A DNA stretch of 64,000 nucleotides from Tubiluchus corallicola (taxonomy: Eukaryota > Animalia > Priapulida): positions 434,001 to 498,000 of the forward strand of contig JAQGDQ010000037.1 of NCBI GenBank assembly GCA_030141605.1, in the 5' to 3' direction. Both the position numbers and the translations under genes were made by a program. The notes under the pieces were generated by a model. The model did no database searches, was not told the origin of the DNA, and was given only the letters and a program-made list of their open reading frames with translations. Position 1 is the stretch's first letter, and each line of letters begins with the position of its first letter. This document shows positions 1 to 13,130 of the stretch, piece by piece.

Positions 1-2854
1 AGCAATTATCAGCAAATTTGCACAATTGCAAGTGATTATTGTTCAACAAATTAATATTACATTAATACCAATGATACCATTCAATATGCCACGTAATTAA
101 ACGTATATGCGTATACAGAATAAAGATTTGTTAAGGTAACAAGTCAAAGTATCATGCTTAGGCTAAACACAGCTGCCTCTTACAGGTCAACATTAAAGCT
201 GCGGCCATAAATGCCTTTTATTTCTATACAGACACCTAACATTACCACCTTTCAGCAAAGCTCCTCCTAGCTCAATTTATTAAGCCTTATAACCGCTTTC
301 AGACCCATTTTAAGTGGTGTTGATTTTACTGCACATCAAACAGATTTTCAAACATGCTTTGAGTCCAAGCAAGAACTCAATGCGTGAGTTTGAATAGGTG
401 CTTTCTCAGGCCAACTGTATGCACCATTACAGGAATGCTAATAATTCCCGCATTTAATGATAATCCTTCAGGCACTGCATTGTATACTTCATTCTCACGC
501 TTTCAGCTCTGAATGGCTAAAGATAAAGCAGCGGGCAAGTTGTATGTCGCATTTCAATGCCAAACTTATTTGCGAGCATTCAAGAGTGAATGCGCTGTTT
601 GAGGCGCATTGTGAGACGGTATTCAGACCCATTCACCCGACTGTTGATCTGCTGTACGGGTGTAATGATTTCCAATTTAGCTGGCCTTAAGTGTACTGTT
701 TGCCAAAGCTCGTATTGAGATGGACTTTGCAAAGCCCATCAGACGACTTTACATTAAGATAGTGTGAAAACAGCTTTACGCACACACTACATCTAAAAAG
801 ATGGAATGCAAAATGCACCACGTGTAATAATGACACGGCTGCAGGTCCAAGTACCACCGGACAAAAGACCACCTTTACATGAGTAACTAACTAGTAGTAC
901 GGTTACTGAATTGTTATTTATTTATTTATTTGTGTATGTATGCGAGTATTTATTTATTTATTAATCTATCTATCTATTTATTTATCTGTTTATTTATTTA
1001 TTTACTTATTGTCATTTATTTATTTGTCAATTTATTTATTAATTGTATTTTATTGTTTTTCAGAAGAATTGCAAATTTTAGAGGATCTAAGTCCAAAATT
1101 ATTTTAATTGTACTCCATAATGATTATGTGTAAGCGAGATAAAATCGATCATGAATATGATAAAAGCATTGCGACTATAACAACCAAATGTCCAGATCAC
1201 AGCAATAGTCACGTGTTTATGTTAGCATAACCTTTCATTAGATTTCAATTTCGTTAACAAAACTACAACTAGAGAGCGCCACACGGTGTAACAAATGTTT
1301 ACCCCACTGTAGTATCTGGACATTCTTGCATAACTACACGATAATTAAAGTTAGGTGACCAACGAGCAATGACAAATGGACAATGAACTTTCAACTATGC
1401 TTGTGACACAATTCTATGTAGTAATTCTAGTACTACTGAGTTAATTAACCTGCTTTTCTGCATTAGACAACTTAGGGTAATACTTTCTGAGTAAGAAAAA
1501 TATGGCTGAACCCCGTTCTTTGGAAAGTTTCAACTCACCCGATAATGCATGTTATTTTTTATTTTGTCGACCTTTATTAGAAAAAATATTAGAAAATTTG
1601 TCGAATGTGCTAAATTTAGATGTTACTGATAGACCTAAGCCATAAACGAAGATACTAGTACTAGACCTAAGCCATAAACTCACCCGATAATGCATATCAC
1701 ATGTTTGTCTTGCTCTTACAATTTAATACAATTTTAATATAACACAATTTAGAATAATTTAAATAATTATATTCAATTGTAAAGAGCAGCAAGACAAACA
1801 TTTGTATTTCACAGATGGTTGTTTGTGCAAAACTTTTGAAAAAAGGCCGCGAAAGAGTAAAATTACACGAAAGGAACATGAAAGCTAAAGTCAAAACTGA
1901 ATCATTTATTTTTTCGCTTTGAAGTAAACAACCGTACTTATTCAGCAAGGCGACGTTTCGAACAATGAACTTTTGTAAAATTGCCATTTTACAGTTGGCA
2001 GGTGAACAATACAGCAGCGCCAGCTTCAAAGAGACGTATAATTTCATGACTTTAAAAGCTCTGATCGCCTCGGGCCATATATACAACTGTGAAAAATAGT
2101 TTTCCTAAACAAAGATTTTTATAGAGCTGTGTCTTTTGCTTTCACAAAAAAAACTTGAAAATACTTAGTAAACCTATAATGCCTTAAATATGGTGCCGCA
2201 TTATCATAATTACTTTGAATACACGATTTATGTGTGCGTTACTAATCAACTCAAAACCACACTTTGATTTATAATTTCCATTATAGTTTACTGAATAAAT
2301 CAATAATAAAAAACTACCCGGTAAATAAGTTAAATAAACGAGTGAGTGAGTAATGAAATAAGTAAGTACGTAGGTAGGTGAGTAAGTGAGTGAGTGAATG
2401 AGTGAGTGAGTAGGTAAGTATGCATGTATAAGTAAGTACAATAAACTGGTATCTATGTCAAATCTAAAGCTGGTGAAGCTTTTCTTTGGTTTTACCTTCT
2501 TCCGCTGCTGTTTTTACTGGAAAACTTTTTAGGCCCGGGTCTTTCAGAAGAAGAAGAAGACGTATGTGAATAAAAAACAATACATTAGAACTATGCTATA
2601 CTGAATGTTGATCATATTATAGTGAAATGCAGCTGAGTGTTAAGACTATGTAATAATAACTGCTGATAGTGTGCTATTAACTTGCAGAGACGAATGGAGC
2701 GCTGCTGTATGTTACGAAAAACAGTCTCATGTTTATTGGATTGGGTACTTTGAATAACACTTACTAGTTTGGCAAAAAATGAACTTTAACTTTTGCATTA
2801 TGGCTTCATAGTGATGTAAAATACTATTATTTTCCGTAACACCAATTTTCTTAC

Positions 2855-3300
2855 CGTATAATTTGGCGTTTGTACTTTTTTCCACCATATGCATGACAAC
2901 ATATTTCAACTGTACTGTTTCTTTTCCGAAACCCCCTATTTGAAGTGGCGCAATTGGTTCTCATCTGATGACATGACTGTAAGATTATCATTGACAATGT
3001 TATTGTCTGGAAAGATGGTGGAGTGACAAGCTTTGCAATTTTTCACGGAAAATGTCTATTTATAGGTTTATTGTACACTGTTCTACATATCACTGGGTTA
3101 TTCCGTCCAGGGAACTTAGATTTTTATTTGCTTCATACTTCCTCAATTCATTAAGCATTTGTACGCTTTTTCACCAAGTACTTGTGATGTGTTACATCTG
3201 CAAACTCCTTAGGCCACTGCTGCTCAACAAATTAATACATGCGTCGTCACAAATTTGGTCTGCATTCTTGGGAACTTAGTGGTAACTGATGGCTCTGATT
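2855..3300 (-). pseudogene. Possible decayed coding exon (BEN-domain-like C-terminal helices)
   Basis: Bounded by acceptor-like TATGCACAG| at 3301 and donor-like |GTAAG at 2850-2854. The peptide KFPRM-DQICDDACIN-VEQQWPKEFADVTHHKYLVKK-VQMLNELRKYEANK needs three frameshifts to assemble. Confidence 0.25.
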
Positions 3301-3343
3301 CTGTGCATAACTAAATAAGCTAATTACAATTTTTTTTCTTATT

Positions 3344-3600
3344 GGGGGTTTCGATATTAAAAATGACACTCAGTGGGTATCCATGTGGCGTGTGCATGCA
3401 CATGCTGAAAAGCATTTACAACATTGCGCTTCGTGAATGATTAACAGCATTGTTTAGCGACGTGTTGCCACGACGACACAGTGGGCCACATTTCAAAAGG
3501 GAGGTTTGCACTTGTCACGTTAAAGACTTCTCAGTACAAAATTGGAGAAGCTTGAAGTAAGTTGCTAAGTCTCCATGGCAAACTATTCCGCCGGCAGTTA
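3344..3600 (+). mobile_element. Degenerate SINE, possibly Deu/Nin-domain type
   Basis: B-box-like GGGTTTCGATA near 3346 and GAGG..CACTTGTCACGTTAAAGAC...TGGCAAA segment resembling the recalled Deu/Nin core. Heavily diverged. Confidence 0.4.
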
Positions 3601-5493
3601 ACATGAAATTGCCGTTTTTTCATCTAACTTTTACCTTGTGTTTTTCTTGCCGTTATTTTGTTTTCTTTTTATCAAAATTCACATGTCTGCTTGTATCAAC
3701 AAAAATACAAACAACATAGAAACACAATAATAAAACTTTAATACAGGCAAGAAATTGTCGTGTTCAACAGTACATTGACTTTTATTAATTTATAAACAAT
3801 TTCAGCAAATTAGGACTAAAAATACAATGGAATAATATGCAAAGTGAGCATTTAGTACAATCTATTGATAAAAAAGAGGCCGATTCTCTTTAATTATCTA
3901 TCGCATAAAGATTTTGTCGTGAAATTCACAAAATCTTTGCAGAAGTAGATCGCACACCTTTGTTAGCAGCAGGAAATATTGCACATCGTGACCATTCTTA
4001 ACAAAAAAAAAAAAAACAATTCCTTCACATGTAATTTTGTCGGTTAGCTATACTATAGTATTTCTTTATGGATAATAAACGAATTTTTCTTTTTATACTA
4101 ATAATTTCATTCAATAAATAATGAATTAAAATAATAACATTTGGATAAGATGTGGCAACTTTAGAAGTGCCCACGAAATGCGACGATTGAATAATAATAA
4201 TAATAATAAACAACAAGCAAAATTGTATGTGAATACTGGAACCAACAATATTGCATGGTTCATTTTACTGCTTTATATCATAACCCTTAGTAGCATTGGA
4301 AACAGTAGCAAGTTCAGCAAATAATTTACACCTGTAGGAATAACATAAAGGATAGGTAAGTTTACAACAATCCTGTTAGCCTTAGGCCAGTTCAGCTTTA
4401 CAACACTGCCTAGCAGTTAGTTGATTGTCTTGCAAACCATAAATTCTGGAAAAAAGCCGGCGGCCATGGTAGAAGCTAATTTCATCAGGCAGCTCCGGGC
4501 TTGTTTTTAAATGCGTCTAATGGTCAAGCTTTTATGCGTGTAGTAAACAGCTACACTGTGCATGAATGCCTCGGCATAATGGTAGGTACAATTAACGTGG
4601 TAGAACCGGCTATTTGCTCTCATAGCCCATTGTGGGTGTTGTTCTCTATCCACACTATACTTACTGTTCTACTATTCACAAATGTCTACCTACATAAATC
4701 AACAGGCATAAAGAAGTCCCAGCTCACACACCAACAGAAGATGATTGTTCCTCAATGGAAGCTGAACTTCTACTGCCCCATTGTCTGTCACAAAACTATC
4801 TGCGTGGGTATTTGATAGAAAAGCAAGTTTTGTTTTTGCTTGAATTGTTTGAAAATTTGAGACGACCAAGCAGCGTGCATGGGCGCGCCTCGGTGCTACT
4901 TGGCAGTTTATTTATTTATGTGAGTCTTACAATTGCCACAGTGCTCTTTATAGCCATTTCCAAAACCGCCTTTCAGATGCTAATTTCCTTATTGTGCGAG
5001 TTATACACTGTGTGAATGCACGTTCGCCAATATATTTCCTTCAGTGCCTCCAGCTTCTTAGTACACTCTTCGACACACACGCATTTTTATTGCTTGTTAT
5101 TTTTCCTTGCCAAACTAGTAAAATAGAGCCTTTCAAGTAATTAATACGAGGGACAAGACAGTACAAAAGAGGCAGTTCTTTAAAAGAAACGGCTGAATGG
5201 CAGGAATGCAGCCGCTGGCACCTGTTCGTTGTGTCTTCTATTTCCCCTGACACTGATGACAAGCTTTATAAAAGCCAAATCCGTTTCGTCTGCGTTTTGA
5301 ACTAAAACCCGACCTCAGTCACTCTGAGCTGTAGCTTACACTGCTCCTGCCGCCTGAGGTGTTATTCCACAGTGACCTTGCCACATCGCCGCGCATCTGT
5401 TTTTTTTGTCAGATGAAGATGGCAAAGGTATGTGCCCTCGCCAAGCGGGCTAATCAGAGAATGAAGAGAAGCATGAACAAATTATTTGTTCTA

Positions 5494-6051
5494 TTAAAGA
5501 AAAACAGGATGATTTTGCATATCCTACCCCATTTTGAAGAACGGTAAAAGTATATATTTTAAAATTTGTAATAATGGCAAAGCTAATTAAATAATATGTG
5601 AAAACTTAATTAATGGCAGCGAGTCAACTAGTGATGACATCACAACTGAACATAATTTTCAACAGCTCAAACATTCCACGAACATGTTGCACGTGTTTGT
5701 AGTAGCGAAGATTGAAGTACACAGCTACTGCACAGCTTTCAGTGTGATATGCAAAAACTCGGCAAATTTGAAGTTTAAAATTCAAATTTTAATATTATTA
5801 CTATGCTCATACATGAGCTCTCGAACGTGTACATTACATCACAAATGAACAACTCTTGAACTTAAATGTGCAGCTCCTGTTTTGTACAACGCGTTTTCGA
5901 GATCTAAGCGCTATTGCCCAGCGAAGAAAGCCAAATTACGTTTCTGTGGTAATAAATGAACAATTCTTTCAAGTAATGTTCTCTTTCAATATTTTGTAGG
6001 TAGACTGTTTCGAGCTATAAATTGAAATTGGGGGATCCCGTTTACCTTGAA
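5494..6051 (+). mobile_element. Kolobok-type non-autonomous DNA transposon (MITE), copy 1, subfamily A
   Basis: Ends TTAA|AGAAAAACAGGATG ... CCCGTTTACCT|TGAA. Colinear similarity with the four other copies; shorter because of internal deletions. Confidence 0.8.
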
Positions 6052-8884
6052 ACTTTTTTGCTATCAGTTAGAAATCGCAATAATCAAAATGACGTAGCAG
6101 AGCTATCTTTCTTCAGAGGATATTGCTGCAAATCCACACAAAATAAAATAATGCATACGTGTAGTTTGTTCCGTATAGGGATTTGTTTCTCGTAATATGT
6201 CCTAAACTGTTTAAAGATAGTGAACTGTATTCCTATTTTTCAAATTACACTTTTAGATGCATTGCGTGGGTATTTTGTTACTTTATAGAAAGTTTGCAAC
6301 AATGTAGTTTACAACAATGCATACCAACGAGTTAGGACTTTATTATTGGCACTGTCATTGCAGATACTAGCAGGGAATGTTCTCTAACATGCAAGAACTT
6401 TTTCTCGCCGTGACACAAAAGTTTTCACGGGCGTTTTTGTACCGATATCGCCAACAGCGATAGAACAGCTAAGAGAACATCGCTGATCAAAACGGTCCTT
6501 AAGGAAATTATTTGATGATTGATCACTTAAAATTGATGTCAGAGAGCCTATACCTCGATGTTCCACGCAAATTATAGAGTAGTCATATTTCTTCAGTTAT
6601 TGATTATATGAAATAATTGAAATATAATTTTCTGTTTTCGTTCTAACGCAGCTTCACGGTATAATAAATCATGCAACTTTTATTTCAAGTTACCTATAAA
6701 GTTTTTAGCTAAGAGTAACAACAGCGAATCGCCTGAACACTTAGACTAGTGATCGTACCTGTCTTTGGACCAGTGATCATACCTCTATAGACTAATGTTA
6801 CCCTATTTAGGACGTTTTAATAAATTTTAGAAAAAATAAATAAAACTGACTCTGTTACAGTAAAAAACTATTGATAATCATTTAGATAAATCGTGAGCGC
6901 GCACCCGCCGATACCGCCTTCAAAAGGTGGCTGATAAAACATTGTAAAAGTCTCATTACTATCACCATTGGAATTATATTATTGTGTGACTCAGTACTTG
7001 CAATACATTGTAATGACAGACAGTAAATATTTTCTCCTTGCCCGACCGTGTCACCGGATGACTGTTCAGTGTTCTTAGCGAGAGGAGCTTAAATTCGTTG
7101 CTCCAACAATAATTCTCGCACCAAAGAACCCATTGTGAAACAGCCATGCAGTTTTATCTCGCTGAATGATTTGCACGGTTTAATAGCTGTCGAGCTGTAA
7201 TGGGTATTGTCTGCGGGAATTTGTCCATTTGATTCCGCCCGGGGGAGATTTTGAAGCGCTCAGGTGTTGTAATTTCGTTTTGATAGTTTTAGTTATGAAG
7301 GGTCCTCACGACGCATGGCACACTGGAGCTGCTACAGGTGTTTTGTTTATCAAATAGTTCATCGGTTTCAGCTATTGTGTAAATTTAATTAAATTACCAA
7401 AGGAACTGAGTGAGCACGGAGTTCAAAAGCTTTGTTTAGGTCTTCCACCTTGAAGTGTATTGGAATAATTATATTCGGTTGATAGATAGTTCTATTCCTC
7501 AAGATGAAACAAACAATGACAATATTCCAGTTGAAATGATACATGCTACTGCATTGCCATATGGTCCATATTCATCTGATGATAATTAGTTTATACTTGC
7601 CTTAGCAATAATCTTTCTCCCATGGCAATTCTTCTTAATCCATTAACTTTTTCTTTGAAGGCGCCTTAGGTGATTTTCTCAGAAAAAATGATCAGTAATT
7701 TTTTGGTTATTTTTTGAGTTCTTTTTGGTCATTCTTACCATCTACCAATCATTATTTTCCTTTCCGACTTTTACTCTTTTCAACCTATTTTTATCACCTT
7801 GTGGCACTCTCCCTTGTCATACTTTTCTGTCCGTCTGCTTCCTCTCCGACCGTTTCCTATTCACCCGCTTTTACTGATAATTGGCACCTAGTTTCAAATC
7901 TTTCCTATTAATTATTTTAATATTTCTTATTGATCTCTTACCAGTCAGTAATCTGGTTCTGTGAACTTGTTCCTATTCACCAGCTTCCTATAATTGCAGA
8001 ATTACCAATTTTGTCCCTCACAGACCGTTACCCTGTTGCCGCTTTTTGAATTTTTTGTGTTACGCACTTGCAGTGTAACCTTATAAACAGATCTTGTTCG
8101 CCGTGAAGCCGGTCTCGTTTTCGTTGTTGTTCATGTAGTAAGTCTTTAGCCACTTTTTAAATTGTGCATCGCGATAAATTTTTGCGATAAACTGGATTCT
8201 GTGGCAACGTTAAATGGGGTTCTAAACAACATGAAATGAAATGGAGCCATGACAACGCTAGAAAGTGTTCTAAATGATTTGTCCAGGCAGTTGGGAGAAA
8301 GAATTCATTGGTCTGCTGTGTTGACTACGGCTCGTATATCGCTTTCATTTGAAGGATTTAATTCTAATTTATGCGTAGCTATCAACTTTCTATTATCGGC
8401 CTTTTCTTCTTCCACGAATACACTGCCATAGCCATTTAAACTGTGCACTACATCCAAATTGTACTTATGCAAGCTTTAATCTTTTGCGTAAAGTTACAAA
8501 CAAATTTAAGAGATTTTTACGAAAACTGGTTTAGTGAATCCGTGCTTAGCGCTAAAACGTTCGTAAGCACAAACTTACGTTGAAAATCATTCGTAAGAAG
8601 TTCAGTGAATCAAATTCGGCCCCTGGTGACCAAATGAGCAAGCTTTAGAAACAAAAACTGTATTATAACATTAGAGTCTCGCTGTTCCCTAGTTCATTCA
8701 TCAAAACCAAGTGTCTCACATTCTAAGAACATATGACCAGGAGCAAGAACATAGAACATAGGAGTAAGAGTAATAAAGAAACCACTAAAATTTTAGGTTG
8801 CGCTTTCATTAATTTTTATGATAACCTTACTTGGTGAATTGCCGACAAAGGTTGAAAAGCAAAGCTTACACGAAGCATCAGTAC

Positions 8885-8990
8885 ATCAGTCTTGACCAGT
8901 ATTTGTGAGGACTTGATATCTGTCGTGAAGTTTACTACTTTTGTCCTGAAAAATAACGGGTAATGATGGAAATGAACGTGATGATGGTGA
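8885..8990 (-). repeat. Diverged dispersed repeat, inverted copy of 11254-11375
   Basis: The reverse complement TCACCATCATCACGTTCAT..TTCAGGACAAAAGTAGTAAACTTCAC..CAAGTCCTC..AAATACT..TCAAGACT aligns with TCACCATCGTCACCTTCAT..TTCAGAACAAAAGCAGTAAGCTTCAC..CAAGTCATC..AAATACT..TCAAGACT. Confidence 0.75.
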
Positions 8991-10122
8991 CGGCCATGAA
9001 GACAATGAAGACGATGATGATAAAAGTTACACGAATTATACAGAACAATTTTCTCTTTTTTCACTTTTTTCTAACATTAATTTGACAGTTTTGACAGGTA
9101 TAGTGCTTTTACTTGCTAGATACCTTATATAATTAAAACTTGTGGTTAATCTCCAATTTTTGTATATATATAAATATCTGCCCGTAATTGTTTCCCCTTA
9201 TACTCTCAAAGGCTTTTATCGGCTGTTCATTGGGACAGGATCAGTTATTGAACTGTTAAACTAGATGAGGCAACTACAACTGTCAAATTCCAAGAGGGCC
9301 TTAAACATGTACCTTTCTGCCGCGTGATTTGTCTGGCCTCAGTCCCTATTGGTCTAGGATGGGGCCATTTTTCAGCAAGCAGTATGATTTTTCTTTTAAA
9401 TTGCAAAAATGCATTTTCTTTAAATAATACGACACTACATACTACAGTATATAGTATATACGTGTTCGTACTAGTTATTCATTACATAATAATCCATATT
9501 ACATTGGCATTTTTAACCGTGAGAAAATTTTTCATGTACATTTTTATCATGTAAATAAATTGATTTAGAAAATCTTTATGTATGTGCACGCTAAAATAAA
9601 ATGTACAATTACATGAGTTTAGTGCCCCTGATTTCTTTGTGTAGAATAACACCTGACTGCTAAAACACGATTGTGTGGTTCTTTCATAATAGTAAATACA
9701 AAGTAAATATCAGTGTATACTGCGCAACAAGAATTTACCCCCACGTTATATTATAACCCCCGGGGAAGGTGGGGCAAATTGAACAACAAGGTACTTTTCA
9801 CATACAATAATATAATATTTCAGAAACATGTTTAAGACAGTCCTACGGTATGTTAAGTTACGATCATATCATAGCTTATAGTGCTGGTAGGCGTAATCAC
9901 ACGTTCGGACAGGAAAATATAATATACTACACGCCTGATAATTGGAAAGTGACGACTCATTTTAAATTTAGCGGTAGATGCCTTTAAGATGCCGTCAGGA
10001 GCTTTTGTATTGGTCATTTAGTTATTTTTCAAAACATCTTCGTTTAGTTGGAACCGAATGCAAATCTAGTAAACCTTACCTTTTTCGTATAGTTCGTCTG
10101 TACACTTTTGATAGGAATAGTT

Positions 10123-10262
<140 letters not shown>

Positions 10263-11253
10263 GAACTTTGTTTATTCTATGTAGATTAACATACAGTCAT
10301 ATTACTGATCAAAGTATTTCCACTATGTGAAAGAAATATATACAATTAGTTAGTTCGAGAATATAATTACACAAATAGTTAGTTCAAAAATACGAGTAAT
10401 TCATTATATAATACTTTAAATTTAAATATACAAAGCTCGCAGAACACAGAAGCGGTACCAGAAACCATTATCAATGTATATCAGCCTATCAGTATATACA
10501 AAAGTATGATTGTTCGATAAGTGTTATTTAATTCAAAAATCCAAAGTTGAAATAATTCAAGTTAAATCAATATACAATTACACGTACAATCAATCAGTAA
10601 AACGTTTAGGCATGAACGAATAATTTATGCCTATTCAGCAACGCAGTATCCAACGCTTAATGAGGGCCTTCCAATGTGTGGTGGCTGCGGCAACACTCAT
10701 TTTCAAAAAGAATCACATGGGATAAGAGGCAGATTCTGCAGAAGTTTTGATACTGTGAGGATGTGTATTTGTGCAGGCCTATACGTCCTCCTAGTAAAAA
10801 GAAGTATGAGAACGCCCGAAAACGCCCAAGTAAGTAAGTAATAGTTCATTTTAAGACGGGATTTTTAACAATTAACCACGAGTAATAGAGCTCCTTGCCG
10901 CCTTTAACTAGGCCAAATATTGTTTATTTCTTTATCAAGCACACACCGTACCTTGTTAGCTGTTCTCTCTACTGCGGGGGAACTTTTATATATATGCTGC
11001 GACCAATATATACTATTTGTCAAAAATCTAGTATAACGGCGATTGTAAACAGGATCTGAATGTTCCACCAGTGTCCAACTCACCTGTTTCATACTTGTAG
11101 CTTGTATTATCGGATGGCACAGATTAGGGCGCAGAGTGAAAGCTTAATTTGATTACATGGTAAAAATCTCACGTTGCATAACCAAAGTCTCATTAGAAAA
11201 CATGTTATGAAGTGCCTTGACCAGAATCACTTTGGACAGTTCGAGCATCTGTC

Positions 11254-11375
11254 ATCACCATCGTCACCTTCATAACAATCATAACCTGGAATTGTTCAGA
11301 ACAAAAGCAGTAAGCTTCACAAGTTCCCACAGATTACCAAGTCATCGGAAATACTTGATTGGCATCAAGACTAGT
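11254..11375 (+). repeat. Diverged dispersed repeat, partner of 8885-8990
   Basis: See the alignment given for 8885-8990. Confidence 0.75.
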
Positions 11376-12899
11376 ATTCATTTAGACAAAAGACAAAAGT
11401 TTTTTCATGATCACTTCTTGATTAAAAATGGTCATCTATTCCGAATCTCTAAACTGTTGCTGGGACTATTAAAATATACACAATTGTTGAATGCTGAACC
11501 CAGCATTTTGATTTTCCCACATTCCTATTGTGTAACTGTTACCCTTGCCTTAAGTAGCCGCAGATGAACCCCTAATTAGAAGTAAAGATAGTAAGTCTGC
11601 TTTACCGTTGCTATACAAAACTTACAGAAAAGGTAGCTTAATGCAGTACTTATTATTTTCGATTAAGTGTAAAACTTTGCAGTTCGTACAGCTGCACTGT
11701 TAAGACAAAGCCCTACAGTGTTGCCCTGCATTTACTCTCACTGATATCCTTGGTCTGCGTTTGATAAATTATGCCGTTGGCTGCATTAAGTCTGTAACAG
11801 AGGGATTATTATATTTCGCTAACGACAGCCATCCAAAAATTCGGCATTGACAGTTTTGTATTAAAAATGAAACCGGAAATTCATAGCGAAATTGTCTACA
11901 ATGGAATGCAATAAAGCTGACAATGCTAAAACCTCTATTCTATCCCTCCATTCTTCTGCCTTGTCCTTCTACCGCTCATCACTTCGTCCACGTATTGTTG
12001 CATGTAGGTTGGTTGGCGCTGGTTCATGGGCTCATACGTAGCTTTTATTTTCAGTTGCATTCCAAATTCTGAAAACAGGTTCTTTGTTGCTTTATCTGCG
12101 AAATGCAAAAATTTCAGCAGCAGTTGGAGAAATTTAGCAGATCAGCGAGATAATGGCCTAATCTGCCACCGTTCAGTTTTATATATTCATATAGGATTAA
12201 TCGTTTCCTTATCGGGATTATAGTTATTTTGGCTAATGGAAGCACTGGTTGTATTAAACTGTGTATGTTAAATTTTGAAACGAATTATACATATCTTTGT
12301 CACAGGTTTTCGTTAACTCAAACCGAGTTAAGGTTTCCTGCTTGGACCCTAGCTCCCACTTTTTTATAAGGATAGATCTTCAATGTGTCATGAGTTCATG
12401 ACGCATGGCTTCAACGTTTTGTTCTAAGTGTTAAAAAAGCGAGATGACGAAATAACAAGCGTTCCATAGTTTTTTAACTCAGATGTTCAATATGGTATAG
12501 TACACAAATTAACAAAATTTGGGTGCAGTTTAAAAGACGTTCAAATAAAGGAAAATGCGTTTTCAGAATCGTGTTTATTAAACTCATTTAAAGTAGAAAA
12601 CAACAACCTGAAATCTGCAAACAAGTTATTTATTTAGGGCAAAGAAAACTTAATGTGCAGCCTTACCTAGTGCTTGCTAAAAATCTATTTTTGCTTGAAT
12701 GTAGCAGCATGATTTTTCGTTTTACATATACGCTAATATGTTGCGTATTGAATTACACTTTTGAGTATTGAGTAACTCGAGAATCAAAGAAAATCAATTA
12801 AACTTACAAAAGAAGAGAAAATAAAAATAATTATGTGTAACCCAGCATAAACAATTTCGTTTTATGTACCTTTCACAACAGCACGCCACAGGTGCTTAT

Positions 12900-13130
12900 G
12901 TTTGTCAGTATTCATAAGAATCCAAAATTTTGCAACTCCCTCTCAGGTTAGCAGTACAAGTCTATTCGGGTAACGTCAATTTAAACATTTTTTTACTTTC
13001 TTTAGTTTAGCTTAAGCTTTTAACTGGTTTTTACCATTTTATCTGATATGCTTCAGCTGATGAGCCGTTAAGGCGAAAGATTCTGAAGAAGCTATTTTGA
13101 GACTATATTTAACGTTTTATTCGTAATACT
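12900..13130 (+). mobile_element. Possible Penelope-like retroelement pseudo-LTR remnant
   Basis: Carries the minimal hammerhead. It is preceded by a T-rich tract and a short frame (..RLAVQVYSGNVNLNIF) loosely resembling Penelope ORF C-termini. Boundaries approximate. Confidence 0.4.
13051..13088 (+). ncRNA. Minimal type I hammerhead ribozyme motif (Penelope-associated type)
   Basis: CTTCAG (stem I) - CTGATGA core - GCC/GTTAA/GGC (stem II) - GAAA - GA - TT (UH cleavage site) - CTGAAG (stem I complement). All conserved core nucleotides are present in the correct order and spacing. Confidence 0.7.

Noticed and set aside
409-686. Possible Harbinger-type MITE (GGCCAACT...AGCTGGCC)
   Set aside because: The inverted similarity is too short and decayed to call, with no clear TSD.
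10600-11110. Possible CR1/L2 LINE 3' remnant on the minus strand
   Set aside because: Only vague motif resemblance (SWTLVEH, tail-like hairpin); not supportable without a search.
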